DNA of 64,000 nucleotides from a virus. The notes below the pieces were generated by a model, which was given only the letters and a program-made list of their open reading frames with translations, was not told the DNA's origin and searched no databases. Position numbers and translations under genes: made by a program. The stretch is from IMG/VR virus record IMGVR_UViG_3300045988_137301, one strand, 5' to 3'. This document shows positions 52,695 to 63,665 of this stretch, piece by piece (position 1 is the stretch's first letter; every line of letters begins with the position of its first letter).

Positions 52695-53487
52695 CATTGG
52701 TTATTCTATCTTTAGATTTCCAGACGGTGAAGTTCAAATGATTCTGGGAGAATTTAGTCGTAAGGAAGTGGTAGATATTGAATGTAGAATTACTAATGCT
52801 GAGGAATTGTTTGTTTTAATGCAAACGTGTGATATTCTTAATCGTCATGGAGTAATGTTCTCTATTTCTATTTACTATCTTATGAGTATGAGAATGGATA
52901 GAGTAATGGACTTTTCTCGACCATACACCCTAAAAATAGTGGTGGGGATTTTGGATAACCTAGGAGCGTTCTCGATAAGTGTTTTTTGTCCTCATTCCGA
53001 AATGTCCCTTGACTTGTTTAAAATGACTCCAGTTACCTTAATAAGACCAAACACGCTAGTATACTACGGAGCAAATCATTTTCGTAGTTATCAAATGATT
53101 CTACCAGACACAGGAGCCGTTAAAAGGTACAGATCCAATGGCGACGTTCCCAATAATATAATTATTGGAGAGAAGGTGCGTGATGTTGATACAGGAAAGA
53201 TAGTGTCTATTAAGATCAAAAATCCGGAAGCACTTACTGGGGAACCTCTTCTTATTCAGGATGATCTATGTGATGGAGGTGGAACATTCATTGGGCTAGC
53301 AGAGGCCGCAAAAGAAATTAACCCAGAGGCTGACATTAATATCTTTGTGTGTCATATGGTCAATCCAAAAGGTATCAAGAATCTTTCTGAGACCTTCAAT
53401 CATGTGTGGTTCACGAATTCTTATAAGGACTGGAAGTCTCATTGTGATCAGTTTCCTGATAATGTAACTCAAATTGATATTGTATGA
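52660..53487 (+). CDS. Ribose-phosphate pyrophosphokinase (Prs)-like protein (candidate Adps)
   Basis: Listed ORF. FPDGE N-terminal motif and the PRPP-binding loop LLIQDDLCDGGGT. Confidence 0.6.
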   Translation: MKLNLINREKSDIGYSIFRFPDGEVQMILGEFSRKEVVDIECRITNAEELFVLMQTCDILNRHGVMFSISIYYLMSMRMDRVMDFSRPYTLKIVVGILDNLGAFSISVFCPHSEMSLDLFKMTPVTLIRPNTLVYYGANHFRSYQMILPDTGAVKRYRSNGDVPNNIIIGEKVRDVDTGKIVSIKIKNPEALTGEPLLIQDDLCDGGGTFIGLAEAAKEINPEADINIFVCHMVNPKGIKNLSETFNHVWFTNSYKDWKSHCDQFPDNVTQIDIV

Positions 53488-54079
53488 GAGAAATACGAAA
53501 TTTGGAAGCTGCTGAGAGACTAGTTAAAAAATATAGGAGTATTACCAGGGAGGAACTCGCAAAGGTCTATGCTTCCATATGCGAAGAAGAATCTAATGAA
53601 ATGCGAGATGTTCTTCAAGAAATCACAGGGTTCGGGAGTCTTTCAAAATGTTCCTTGTGTACAGCTATTGTAGAGAACAATATACAGTATAGTGCTTGTC
53701 TATACTGTATCTATCGGAATTTTAGAGATTTTGCAGCCCCTTGTGTTTATCATGAAACATATGAGGCTATAGAAAAGTCTAAAAACCTTGATGAACTGAT
53801 GGAGGCTATCAGAAATAGAGCAGATTACCTAGAGGAACTAATTGAGAAAGTTAAGAATGATAATTGAGGGACCATTTTATAGACTAACTCCGATCAATGA
53901 TTCCTCTCCTAGATTTGATTTGGAACTCTTATATGATATAGGAGGGAAAAATCCTAGGAGAGAATTTAAGATAGAGGGATATGGTTATACTTTAGAGACA
54001 GCATTAAAGAAGTGTTGTAACTATGCTGTCAACAAGAAATTTGGGAAGGATGAAGTCATAACATTGAAAAGATACTTAA

Positions 54080-54553
54080 ATGAGTTCAAAGCAACAGCGA
54101 AAGAGATTGAATCTCAACTCAACCTCTCGGAAATTGATTGTAAAAAGGTTGAACAATCTCTGCAAATATCTAAATAGAGAATTTTCCATAAATTATGGAG
54201 GATGCTGTTATGTGGCATATGTAATTGCAAAGTTGCTAGAATCTGATGGTATAGATTTTAAGCTGATAGTATACGATGAATATACAATCAGGGAGAAATC
54301 ATTAAGAGAATTTTCTGAAAATCATTATCACTATAGTATTTCCATAGAAGGAAGATTTGATATAAATGATGATGGGTGCAAGAGGGACAACTCTTTGATT
54401 AGAAATGAGTTTAAAGCTAGTTCTAAAGAAATGCTGAAGCATTACAAGAGATATGAGTGGAATTCTTGCTATAGAACACGTCAGAATTCATTTATCTTTA
54501 AAATCTTAAAAATGTCATATGACAACATTACAAAAGATTTACGAAAAGAATAA
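54080..54553 (+). CDS. Hypothetical protein
   Basis: Listed ORF. Confidence 0.4.
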   Translation: MSSKQQRKRLNLNSTSRKLIVKRLNNLCKYLNREFSINYGGCCYVAYVIAKLLESDGIDFKLIVYDEYTIREKSLREFSENHYHYSISIEGRFDINDDGCKRDNSLIRNEFKASSKEMLKHYKRYEWNSCYRTRQNSFIFKILKMSYDNITKDLRKE

Positions 54554-54762
54554 CATAGCTGTTAGAACTCATGACAAATTTATTTACAGCAGTGTTATCT
54601 ACAAATTATGGAGTGGAGGGGCTTCACTTGTAGAAGAAAAATACTATTCTTCTGACAAACCAATAATTATTAAGAAAAAAGATTTAAAAGTGAAAAAGAA
54701 GGGATACATACTATATAGATTCTTCAATCTAGAGTATGCCCCAGAAGAATATTTAATTAGAA

Positions 54763-55344
54763 ATGGCTATGAAATCATTGAAACAGGATGCTGAGTACAT
54801 CGTTGACTCATTTGTAGATTTTAAGGGTGATGAACATAAAATCATTGGATGTGTTTTGAATGTTAAACCGTACAGCAACATAGGAGAAAGGTTTTCTGTT
54901 GGTTGGAGAAGTGATGGACGTATATGGATTGATGATCCAGATTTCAGAGATATTCAGGAGATTATATCAGTAGGAATAATGGTATGCCATCCCTGTGATG
55001 AGTTCGATTTAGAAAAGGGAAAGAATATGGCATATGAAAAGGCTTTGCATAATCCTAAATGTCCGAAAGTGTATGTTAGCTTTAAAGGGGGAAAGTCCCT
55101 AGCTAAGGCTTTTCTAAAGCAGGAGATTTCCTTTGTTAAGGATAATCCAGGAAAAATAATCAAGGGATACAGTCAAATGAAAGCTGGTTTTGAGAAGAAA
55201 CAAAATCTTATAGAAAAAATAAATAATCTTTCTGACAAGGAGAAGCAAGCTATAGCTCTTGCAAGTGAAGTTGATATTGCCAAATGTAACGAATTGGCCA
55301 GTAGAGCTAAAGCTATGAATATTAAATTGAATGGAGAAAATTGA
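54763..55344 (+). CDS. Hypothetical protein
   Basis: Listed ORF. Confidence 0.4.
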   Translation: MAMKSLKQDAEYIVDSFVDFKGDEHKIIGCVLNVKPYSNIGERFSVGWRSDGRIWIDDPDFRDIQEIISVGIMVCHPCDEFDLEKGKNMAYEKALHNPKCPKVYVSFKGGKSLAKAFLKQEISFVKDNPGKIIKGYSQMKAGFEKKQNLIEKINNLSDKEKQAIALASEVDIAKCNELASRAKAMNIKLNGEN

Positions 55345-56423
55345 CATTTGCTATATCTTAATCGGCCTACTGGGGGTCGCGGTTATATATCTAATTTTCC
55401 CTAAGGAAAAGATCTCTGTGGTTTCTCCTAATATAGAAGAGACCATCAGAGATTCCTTAATAAGGGATAGTATTTATATAGTTAATGACTCTATTGTAGA
55501 AAAGATTAGGTATGTAAACAAGGAATATGATAAAGAGGTATCTAATATCCTTTCTAATTCTGACAGTATCAATTTGCTCTTTTTCTCAGAATACATCGAA
55601 TGTTATAATAACCAGCGAGCAATTGAGGGTAACTAACCTAATATTTGCTGAACATAAAAAATTCTCAGAGACTATTCCCCTTCTAAACGAGGAGATAGTA
55701 AATCTGAAACTAATTAATAGAAGTCTGGAAAGAACTGATTCCATAAGAAAGCTTCAGCTTACTTATTATGGAGATGTTATAAAAGATAAAAATAAATCCA
55801 TAGAGGATTTAACTAGATCTATTAAAAGAAAGCAAAAGGTGGTACAGTACGGTGCCGCTGGTTCTTGTGTATTAATAGTATTATGCCTATTACTGAAGTA
55901 ATGTTTAAGGATGAGAACGGTTTTCATTATAAACATCCAGAACGCAGTTGTAGTAGATGTAAAAACTATCCATGCCTGAAGGGAATGGATAAGTTGCTTG
56001 GGAATTTTGCAGCCTATGGCTGTAGAAATTTCGAAGACGTTAATACATTTGATGTATGGAAACCAAAGAAGTAACATATCATGCTAAGCTAGTTGCTTTT
56101 AGTGAGGATGGAATGGGATACATAAATTATGTGTTTGAACGTCTAGAATATGATAGTATAGATTACAAAAATATAATGTGTGTCAGATTCCCAAACTGGA
56201 ATCAAGGTTCTATAAAACTTGGCGATGTTGGATATGTATCTATAAGATATGTAGAAGAGGGCATTGATAAATGGTATGATGGTAGAGATCTTGTTCCGTA
56301 TAAGGATAGCAATTTAATTTTCTTGAAATTCATTCATGAGAAGCCTATCATAGAAAACGGGCAGATATTATTAGATTAACTATAAAACTAGATTAACTAT
56401 GGAACATTACTAAAGAATGATTT

Positions 56424-57287
56424 ATGACTGTATTGGGAGATAAGCTTAAGCAGGCTTTAAACGACAAAGTAGAAGATATTAATACTTATGTATGGAAAGG
56501 TCCGAAGGTAAATGGGGTTCAGGAAGAGATACGATTGGTGGATGCTGATTATGATCAACTAAAGAAATATTACAACCATTGTAATCAGATGCTGTATAAT
56601 ACAGACGGCAAAAATCCCGGACGTCTCACCTTAATAAATATTGTATCGGATCAAATACAAAGATGTCGGGCAGAGCTCCTCATAAGGTGGCTTAGAGCAG
56701 AAAAACAGTATACTAACACTACATGTTTAGAAGATTTAAAGGAAGTTATTAGAAAGAACAAATCCGTCTTGACCCAAGAGACTATCAAAACCTACCCGAT
56801 AGGAAATATTATGAGCGGATTGCCCATAGATCTAGAACAGGTTCCAATAAGCTTAGTAATGGATGCTTGTTTAGATTCCCTAGGACAATTTGATAACTCT
56901 CACTTGACACTGAATTTTATTGTTAAAATGGGACTCTGGTTTACTCAGCAGGAAATGCAAAAGGATTTGTATCGCAAAGACCCAAATACTGGAAAGGCGG
57001 TAAATAGACTTGAGGTTGTAAGTAAAGAACTGAGACTCAGTCCTCTCGTTTCTCTTAAAATCTGTGACACCGGATTAAGCTATGCAGAATTCAGGTCTAT
57101 GTGCAGATTAAAGAGAGATAAGTACGCTAACCTAACTAGTGATCAGCTTAAACTACTATCTAGCAAAGTTTTGTATCGTTTCCAAAATCAATGCGAAAAT
57201 CAGGCTAAGCAGTGGGAAGACAAAATGGAGGAAATAAAAAAGGTAGCCGAATCAAAAGGTTGGGATGTAACTAGGGAAATTGATTGA
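56424..57287 (+). CDS. Hypothetical protein
   Basis: Listed ORF. Confidence 0.45.
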   Translation: MTVLGDKLKQALNDKVEDINTYVWKGPKVNGVQEEIRLVDADYDQLKKYYNHCNQMLYNTDGKNPGRLTLINIVSDQIQRCRAELLIRWLRAEKQYTNTTCLEDLKEVIRKNKSVLTQETIKTYPIGNIMSGLPIDLEQVPISLVMDACLDSLGQFDNSHLTLNFIVKMGLWFTQQEMQKDLYRKDPNTGKAVNRLEVVSKELRLSPLVSLKICDTGLSYAEFRSMCRLKRDKYANLTSDQLKLLSSKVLYRFQNQCENQAKQWEDKMEEIKKVAESKGWDVTREID

Positions 57288-58561
57288 TGAAGGATCTCTT
57301 CACTCCTGTTACTCGTGATGAAAGGCAGGAACAATGCAAGAGGGCCTGGCTATTAAATAAAGGAAAAGGAACAATAGAAGCATGCACGGGTTTTGGAAAA
57401 ACCCGTTGTGCTCTCAATTGTTTAAAAGCAGTCCTATCCAAATATCCAGCAATTAGGGTATTAGTAGTAGTTCCCACTGAATTGTTGAAAAATCAGTGGG
57501 TAAGTATTATAGATAAGGAGGCTTTGGGGCTAAACGTTGAGGTACAAATAGTGAACACTATAGCTAAGAATGGATATGAATGTGATTTTCTAATCATTGA
57601 TGAGATTCATAGAACTGCTGCAAATACTTTGCAATTTATATTCAGTAGGGTGAGATACAAACTAATATTGGGTTTGACTGCTACTCTAGAGAGGTTAGAT
57701 GGTAGACATACTATCATTGAAAAATACTGTCCAGTAGTAGATAGTGTACCAATAGAGGTCGCTAAGGCTAATGGTTGGGTGTCAGACTTTGTTGAATATC
57801 AGGTAGTCATTACTGTTGATGATATTGAAGAATATAGAAGCCAAAATAGAGAATTTACGGAACATTTTGAATTCTTTAACTTTGATTTCGAACTTGCTAT
57901 GAGTATGGTTGGTAAAGATGGACTAAAAAATAGACTGAATTATAGAAACCAAATTTGTAGCAGTTCTGATAAGGCTTCTTTATCTGATTGCCTAAAACAA
58001 ATAACTTACCATTCTGTAGGTTTTATGAGGACTATGCAGGCTAGAAAGAAATTTATATATAATCATCCTGCTAAATTACAGATAGCTAGAGAAATTATTG
58101 CTCATAGACTAGACAAAAAAATCATCACCTTTTCAGCAAATACCAAGATGGCTGAAAAAATAGGAATTGGATATGTTTATACTGGAAAGGAAGGTAAAAA
58201 GAAAAATAGAATTACATTGGAAGAATTTGCAACCCTCAGCAGTGGGGTAATTAATAGTTGCAAGTTAGCCATTGAAGGATTTGATTGTCCAGGATTGTCA
58301 GTGGGAATAATGCTAGGGATTGACTCTAGTAGTACAAAGAGTACTCAAGCTGCTGGTAGAGTAATCAGAAAAGAGGGATCAAAATATTCTGAAATATTCA
58401 CGCTAGTGTTAGAGGATACCGTTGAGCAGGAATGGTTTAGAAAATCTCATCAAAATAGCACATATATCACTATTGATGTGGAAAACCTGAGAAAGCTGCT
58501 TAATGGAGAGACTTGGGAACCCTATAAGAAAAAACTTCAGAATTTCACTTATCGTTTTTAA
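57284..58561 (+). CDS. Superfamily 2 DEAD/DEAH-box-type helicase
   Basis: Listed ORF. Motif I TGFGKT; motif II LIIDEIHR; C-terminal helicase motifs. Confidence 0.65.
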   Translation: MMKDLFTPVTRDERQEQCKRAWLLNKGKGTIEACTGFGKTRCALNCLKAVLSKYPAIRVLVVVPTELLKNQWVSIIDKEALGLNVEVQIVNTIAKNGYECDFLIIDEIHRTAANTLQFIFSRVRYKLILGLTATLERLDGRHTIIEKYCPVVDSVPIEVAKANGWVSDFVEYQVVITVDDIEEYRSQNREFTEHFEFFNFDFELAMSMVGKDGLKNRLNYRNQICSSSDKASLSDCLKQITYHSVGFMRTMQARKKFIYNHPAKLQIAREIIAHRLDKKIITFSANTKMAEKIGIGYVYTGKEGKKKNRITLEEFATLSSGVINSCKLAIEGFDCPGLSVGIMLGIDSSSTKSTQAAGRVIRKEGSKYSEIFTLVLEDTVEQEWFRKSHQNSTYITIDVENLRKLLNGETWEPYKKKLQNFTYRF

Positions 58562-58850
58562 AAGGTGTTATATAATACCATAATAAAATGGAAACTTATT
58601 ATACTAAAAGAGAATTTAATGAGATGAAATCAGCTCTAACTAAAAAGTGTAGAGCATTGGAAACCAAGGTTAATAATCTTTCTAGCAAGCTGAAAGAGTT
58701 AAAGAAGCAGTACAAAATGCTTAGTGATTCTAAAGCTGAGGAAAGTTAATTAGAAACTATGGTTTATATCACGTAACTAAGTTATAACACTCTAACGAGT
58801 AACCTTGAACTTAGTGTATAGATTGGTAGTAAATCTATTAATTTGTACGC

Positions 58851-59456
58851 GTGAGAAATCTTGAACTAGAACAACAACTTACTTTCTGTGAGAAGTACAG
58901 AATTTCTCCTAACGAGTTGTTGTTGTTGGAAATTCTTCTTGTTGCCCAAGAAGGAGATGGATTGGAAATTGTTAACAGGTACTTCTCTTCAAGAGTTGAT
59001 GCCCGTGGAAAAGTTACAGAACTATTATTTGGACTTCAAAATGCTGGGATAATAAATAAAACTTATAAAATCCCTGAAAAGGGATGTATATTTAATCCCC
59101 TAGATGTCCCCTTAAATAAAAATATCGTAAAAGATTTCTATAAATGTTCTTTTGAGATCGGAAAAGAATTATGGGAAACTTATCCCCTATTTGGGATAGT
59201 TAACAATGCCCAAGTTGGAATCAGAAGTATATCCAAGAAATTTGATAGTTTAGAGGATTTTTATAGATTTTACGGTAAAACAATACGGTGGAAACCAGAT
59301 ATTCATAATCATATTATTGACTTGGTAAAGTGGGCAAAGGAACATAATCTATTATGTACTACCTTAGCTAACTTTGTGGTAGATCATAGATGGGAAGAAT
59401 TAGAGGCCCTGAGAGGAGAAGGAGGAATAAACTATGATACTATGAAACTATTATGA
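58851..59456 (+). CDS. Hypothetical protein (replication module)
   Basis: Listed ORF. Confidence 0.4.
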   Translation: MRNLELEQQLTFCEKYRISPNELLLLEILLVAQEGDGLEIVNRYFSSRVDARGKVTELLFGLQNAGIINKTYKIPEKGCIFNPLDVPLNKNIVKDFYKCSFEIGKELWETYPLFGIVNNAQVGIRSISKKFDSLEDFYRFYGKTIRWKPDIHNHIIDLVKWAKEHNLLCTTLANFVVDHRWEELEALRGEGGINYDTMKLL

Positions 59457-60541
59457 TTTCGAACAAACTATTGAACGAAATTGATAGGGGTAGATTAGGA
59501 CTAAATCATGGTATTCCGATGAAACTGCCAAAACTAGAATCTATAATAGATGGAGTAACAAGGGAAACCTATACACTTATTCTTTCAAATTCTGGGGCAG
59601 GTAAAACTTCCTTCGCATTATATGCGTATGTATATAGACCTCTAATGGAGCATCTAAATGATGATGACTTCAAAGTATTGTACTTTAGCCTTGAAATGGG
59701 AGAGGTAGCCTTATATATTAAGTTGTTGTCTATATATATATTTGAAACGTATGGAATCCAATTATCCTTCAAAAAGATATTATCTAGAGAGAAGGAATAT
59801 ATCTTGTCTGATGAACACTATGATCTTGTCAAACAATGTATGCCTTGGGTAGACAAGATTAGCGAGAAATTGGAAATATATGATAAGAAAGTAACACCTA
59901 ATAAGGTGTATGCTATTCTGAAAACTAGGTTAGAGGAAATGGGAACCTTTTCTGAAAATGAAACCCGCCTCGTCTATACTCCAAATAATCCTAATCTTGT
60001 TTATAACGTGGTTGTAGATCACATTGGTCTTGTTGGCACAAAGCCTGACATTGATTTATTATCCAGCTATCTTCTCTTTTTTAGAGATAAGTGCTTTATT
60101 AGCCCTGTAGTAATACAGCAAGCTAATAGAGAACAAGGAAACATTGAAAGGTTTAAGCAAGGAAAAAGTGCATTCACTATTCATGATGCTAAGGATTCTG
60201 GGAATACGGTGCAAGATTGTAATATAATGATTGCACTTTATAATCCTCATAGAGATGGGCTAAAGACTTATAAGCATTATAACATCGAATATCTAGGTTC
60301 CTATTTCAGGAGTATTATGGTCTTGAAGAACAGGTATGGTGATTGTGATGTGGAGATCGGAGTGAACTTCTTTGGATGGGTAAATATGTTTTATGAACTG
60401 CCAAAACCGGAAGAAATTTATGATTATGAAAGATATACAAGTCCAAATTATATATTAAAAGATAGTAGTTCTGTAGTAGAACAGGAGCTAGATAAATGCG
60501 AAGAAATAGATAACGAAGAAAATCTTAATTTTGTATTATAA
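59453..60541 (+). CDS. DnaB-like / RecA-fold replicative helicase
   Basis: Listed ORF. Walker A SNSGAGKTSFAL; Walker-B-like VVVDHIGL. Confidence 0.55.
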   Translation: MISNKLLNEIDRGRLGLNHGIPMKLPKLESIIDGVTRETYTLILSNSGAGKTSFALYAYVYRPLMEHLNDDDFKVLYFSLEMGEVALYIKLLSIYIFETYGIQLSFKKILSREKEYILSDEHYDLVKQCMPWVDKISEKLEIYDKKVTPNKVYAILKTRLEEMGTFSENETRLVYTPNNPNLVYNVVVDHIGLVGTKPDIDLLSSYLLFFRDKCFISPVVIQQANREQGNIERFKQGKSAFTIHDAKDSGNTVQDCNIMIALYNPHRDGLKTYKHYNIEYLGSYFRSIMVLKNRYGDCDVEIGVNFFGWVNMFYELPKPEEIYDYERYTSPNYILKDSSSVVEQELDKCEEIDNEENLNFVL

Positions 60542-60975
60542 TGGCTGCTGAAACAATTGCAATCGTCGGTGAATCAGGAACTGGAAAAAGTACCAGTCTT
60601 AGAAATCTTAACCCAGAGGAAACCTTTATTATAAGTACCACGGGAAAACCATTACCTTTTAAGGGATATAAGAAGAAGTATGTTCCTATGAAAATAGAAG
60701 GTAAGATAGTAACTGGTAATTACTATGTAAGTTCAAAATGGGATCAAATCTTGAAAATTTTGCAAATCATTGATAAAATGATGCCTAACATAAAGCAGGT
60801 AATCGTTGACGATTAACTTTTTAACTAATTTAAAGAAAATTTTAAACATATTATGTTCAATATCTCATAAGATATTTATATACTTGGTAATTAATAATTA
60901 AATCTTATGGGAAAAATTAAATATAATAATGAACAAATTTTTGAATTACATGCTTAGGGCTTAACAGATTCAGAA

Positions 60976-61818
60976 ATGGCCAAAATTATTGGGACTACTC
61001 CCAATAGAATGGCTAGTAAAAGAGGAAAATTAGGATTAAAACCTAACAAAGGAAAAAGAGATACGTATAAACTTACAGAAGAGGAAATAAGCGTTTTATG
61101 TGGAACACTACTTGGTGATTCTACTATAAGATATGTACATAATCAGTGTAAATATCCAAACCTTACATTTTCTCATACAGTCAAGCAAAAGCAATATTTT
61201 ATGTGGAAGACAAATAAGCTAACTAATCTTATGTCTTCCAGCAATATGTATAAGACTAATTATGTTAATACTAATGGAGAAGTAGTTTATAAATTAGTAT
61301 ATACTGGAAGCAATATGGCTTGTCTAGTAGATATTAGAACTATTTTTTACGACGGAAACGGAGTAAAGCATATTCCAATTGATTACTTAATTCAGCACTT
61401 TAATGATGTAAGTTTATATTGTTTATTTATGGATGATGGTAGTTATGATATATCTTCTAATAGTTATATAATTAATACTCAATGTTTTAGTGAAGAAGAA
61501 TTAAAACAATTTGTGGTATTACTATATAATAAATTTAATTTAGAGTTTAGTATTAAAACTGACCATTGCTTATATTTAAAACATGTAAGTAATTCTCTAT
61601 TTCAAAAACTCTTGGAAAGAATAAATGAATGTCCTGATATGATATATAAATTAGGAAAGTCGTCAGAAAACTCCGTTAAACAGGGAAACTCCCAAGAGGA
61701 CAATCCTGTGCTAAACCCTCAAGAAATTGAGGAAGATGCCAAACGACTAGAAGTGATGCCTAACGAGAGAGACGGGGCTATAAAATCTTCCACGAAAGCG
61801 GGGCACTACTCAAAGTAA
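60976..61818 (+). CDS. LAGLIDADG-family homing endonuclease (two motifs)
   Basis: Listed ORF. LCGTLLGDSTI and YCLFMDDGSYD resemble the paired LAGLIDADG motifs. Confidence 0.45.
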   Translation: MAKIIGTTPNRMASKRGKLGLKPNKGKRDTYKLTEEEISVLCGTLLGDSTIRYVHNQCKYPNLTFSHTVKQKQYFMWKTNKLTNLMSSSNMYKTNYVNTNGEVVYKLVYTGSNMACLVDIRTIFYDGNGVKHIPIDYLIQHFNDVSLYCLFMDDGSYDISSNSYIINTQCFSEEELKQFVVLLYNKFNLEFSIKTDHCLYLKHVSNSLFQKLLERINECPDMIYKLGKSSENSVKQGNSQEDNPVLNPQEIEEDAKRLEVMPNERDGAIKSSTKAGHYSK

Positions 61819-62896
61819 TATTCGTGAGAATATAAAACGAGCGAAAGATATAGTCTGAACCATATAGTAATATATGGAAGCATAAGATAAAGAGCTTATG
61901 CGATAACATAATTGTTTCAATATGTACTTTCATATGAATTTGTTGACAGAGCCACTGAAATAGGTTACACCAAATTCAGTGAGCTTGCACAACATGCTAT
62001 GGAGATTCTTAGATATTCGGAGAAGATGAGAGAAGACTGTAAAATGATATTCTTAACACATTCAGAAAATGTGGGAGATATGGTAAATCCAAAGTATGTT
62101 ATAAAAACTGTTGGAAAACTTCTGTCAGAAAAAGTCACTCTAGAAGGATTATTTACATATATCTTCTTCACTAAAGTGAGTGAAGGAGAGAATGGAAGGA
62201 TGCAATATAAGCTTATTACCAACAATGATGGAAGCTGTGTGGCTAAGACCTCTCTGGGAATGTTTGAGGAACTAGAAATAGACAATGATTTAGCAGAGAT
62301 TATTAAAGTTATTGATCTTTATAATGAGGGAGAATGAAATTAGACATACTATTCCACTACGATGTAAATGAAGAAACCGGAGAAATCACCTTTATTGGAA
62401 AAGAGGAAATTTCAGTTGACACTGCTACTAAAAGGGCGGTGAAATCTACTAAGGTGGATGATAACCCTGAACCCATTGTTACACTTGATTCTAATAAACT
62501 AGTACTAACAAAGGGAGCTGTTGACTTATTGCAAATCTGTGAAGATTGCCGAGTTGACATCAAATATAAAAAGAAAGGGAAAACAGCCGTCCCTATAATA
62601 GGGACGGATTCTGCTTTTGGGACAAAAGGTGGAAATAAGCTAACTAAGAGTAATACTATAAGTTATAGAGGGGCTGCTAATAGTAAGCTCTCTGCTTTTG
62701 GTACTAGCTTCAAGTTAGAGCCTACCGAAGACGTAGGAATATATTATCTGATAGGAAATGGAGCAGTTGAGCCAGAACCTATTCCAGAGGAGATTATTGA
62801 TATCGAGAGTGAACTCGATATAGAAAAATTAGATGATTTAAGTATAGACAAAGATGATACAAACTTAGGAAATTTTGATTTTAAACTTTAAGAATT

Positions 62897-63628
62897 ATGA
62901 GCTTTAATTTTGGATTGTCAGCAGGATCAGTAGTAAGAAACACTAGAACTCAACTGAAGCCTTGGAATATTTATGATGTTAAATTTGTTGGAGTAGAGGC
63001 TCGTTCATTTGCTGGAAAGAAGGATCCTAATGCCACCTACAAGGTGTTTGATATAAAGTTTGAAAGTGAAGATGGGTATTTTAATAAAACTATTTTCTAT
63101 CCCAAGGATGGAGATACTGTGAGAAGATCTTACAATCGCAGCAATGGCTCCAAAGGATATATGCCTTCTAATTTTGAAAGTTTGATTGCTATCATTCATC
63201 AAACAGTGCAAGTACTTTGTGGAGAAGAGGGATATACTAAATTCAACGAAATAGCTGGTAAATGTAAAGATTTCGATACCTTTTTGAAAGCCTTTATTCA
63301 AATTACTGATAGAAAGAAAGGAGTAGAAACTAAATTAAAGCTCATCGGCAGAAATCGGGACGGAAAAGTAGTTGCTGATATTCCGAATATTGTAGCTATA
63401 AATCCGAATGCTGAAAATATCGCAGAGGATAGTAGTAATGATAGTGGGGAAAGATTCATTTCTGATAATTACATTGGCAATAAGTTATTCTTTTCTGATT
63501 ATGAGGAAAGAGAAAGAGAAAAATATCTCAAAGCTAAGCCTACCGAGATGAAAGCAGAAGATCCTATCTCAGATATTTCTGGAATTGATGAATCTGATGA
63601 TAACTTTAACTTGGATAGCTTACTTTAA
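62897..63628 (+). CDS. Single-stranded DNA-binding-like protein with an acidic C-terminal tail
   Basis: Listed ORF. C-terminus ...DESDDNFNLDSLL is typical of phage SSB tails. The OB-fold assignment is tentative. Confidence 0.35.
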   Translation: MSFNFGLSAGSVVRNTRTQLKPWNIYDVKFVGVEARSFAGKKDPNATYKVFDIKFESEDGYFNKTIFYPKDGDTVRRSYNRSNGSKGYMPSNFESLIAIIHQTVQVLCGEEGYTKFNEIAGKCKDFDTFLKAFIQITDRKKGVETKLKLIGRNRDGKVVADIPNIVAINPNAENIAEDSSNDSGERFISDNYIGNKLFFSDYEEREREKYLKAKPTEMKAEDPISDISGIDESDDNFNLDSLL

Positions 63629-63665
63629 TGGTTTAGTAGAGTAACTTATAAATTCCTTGGTGATT

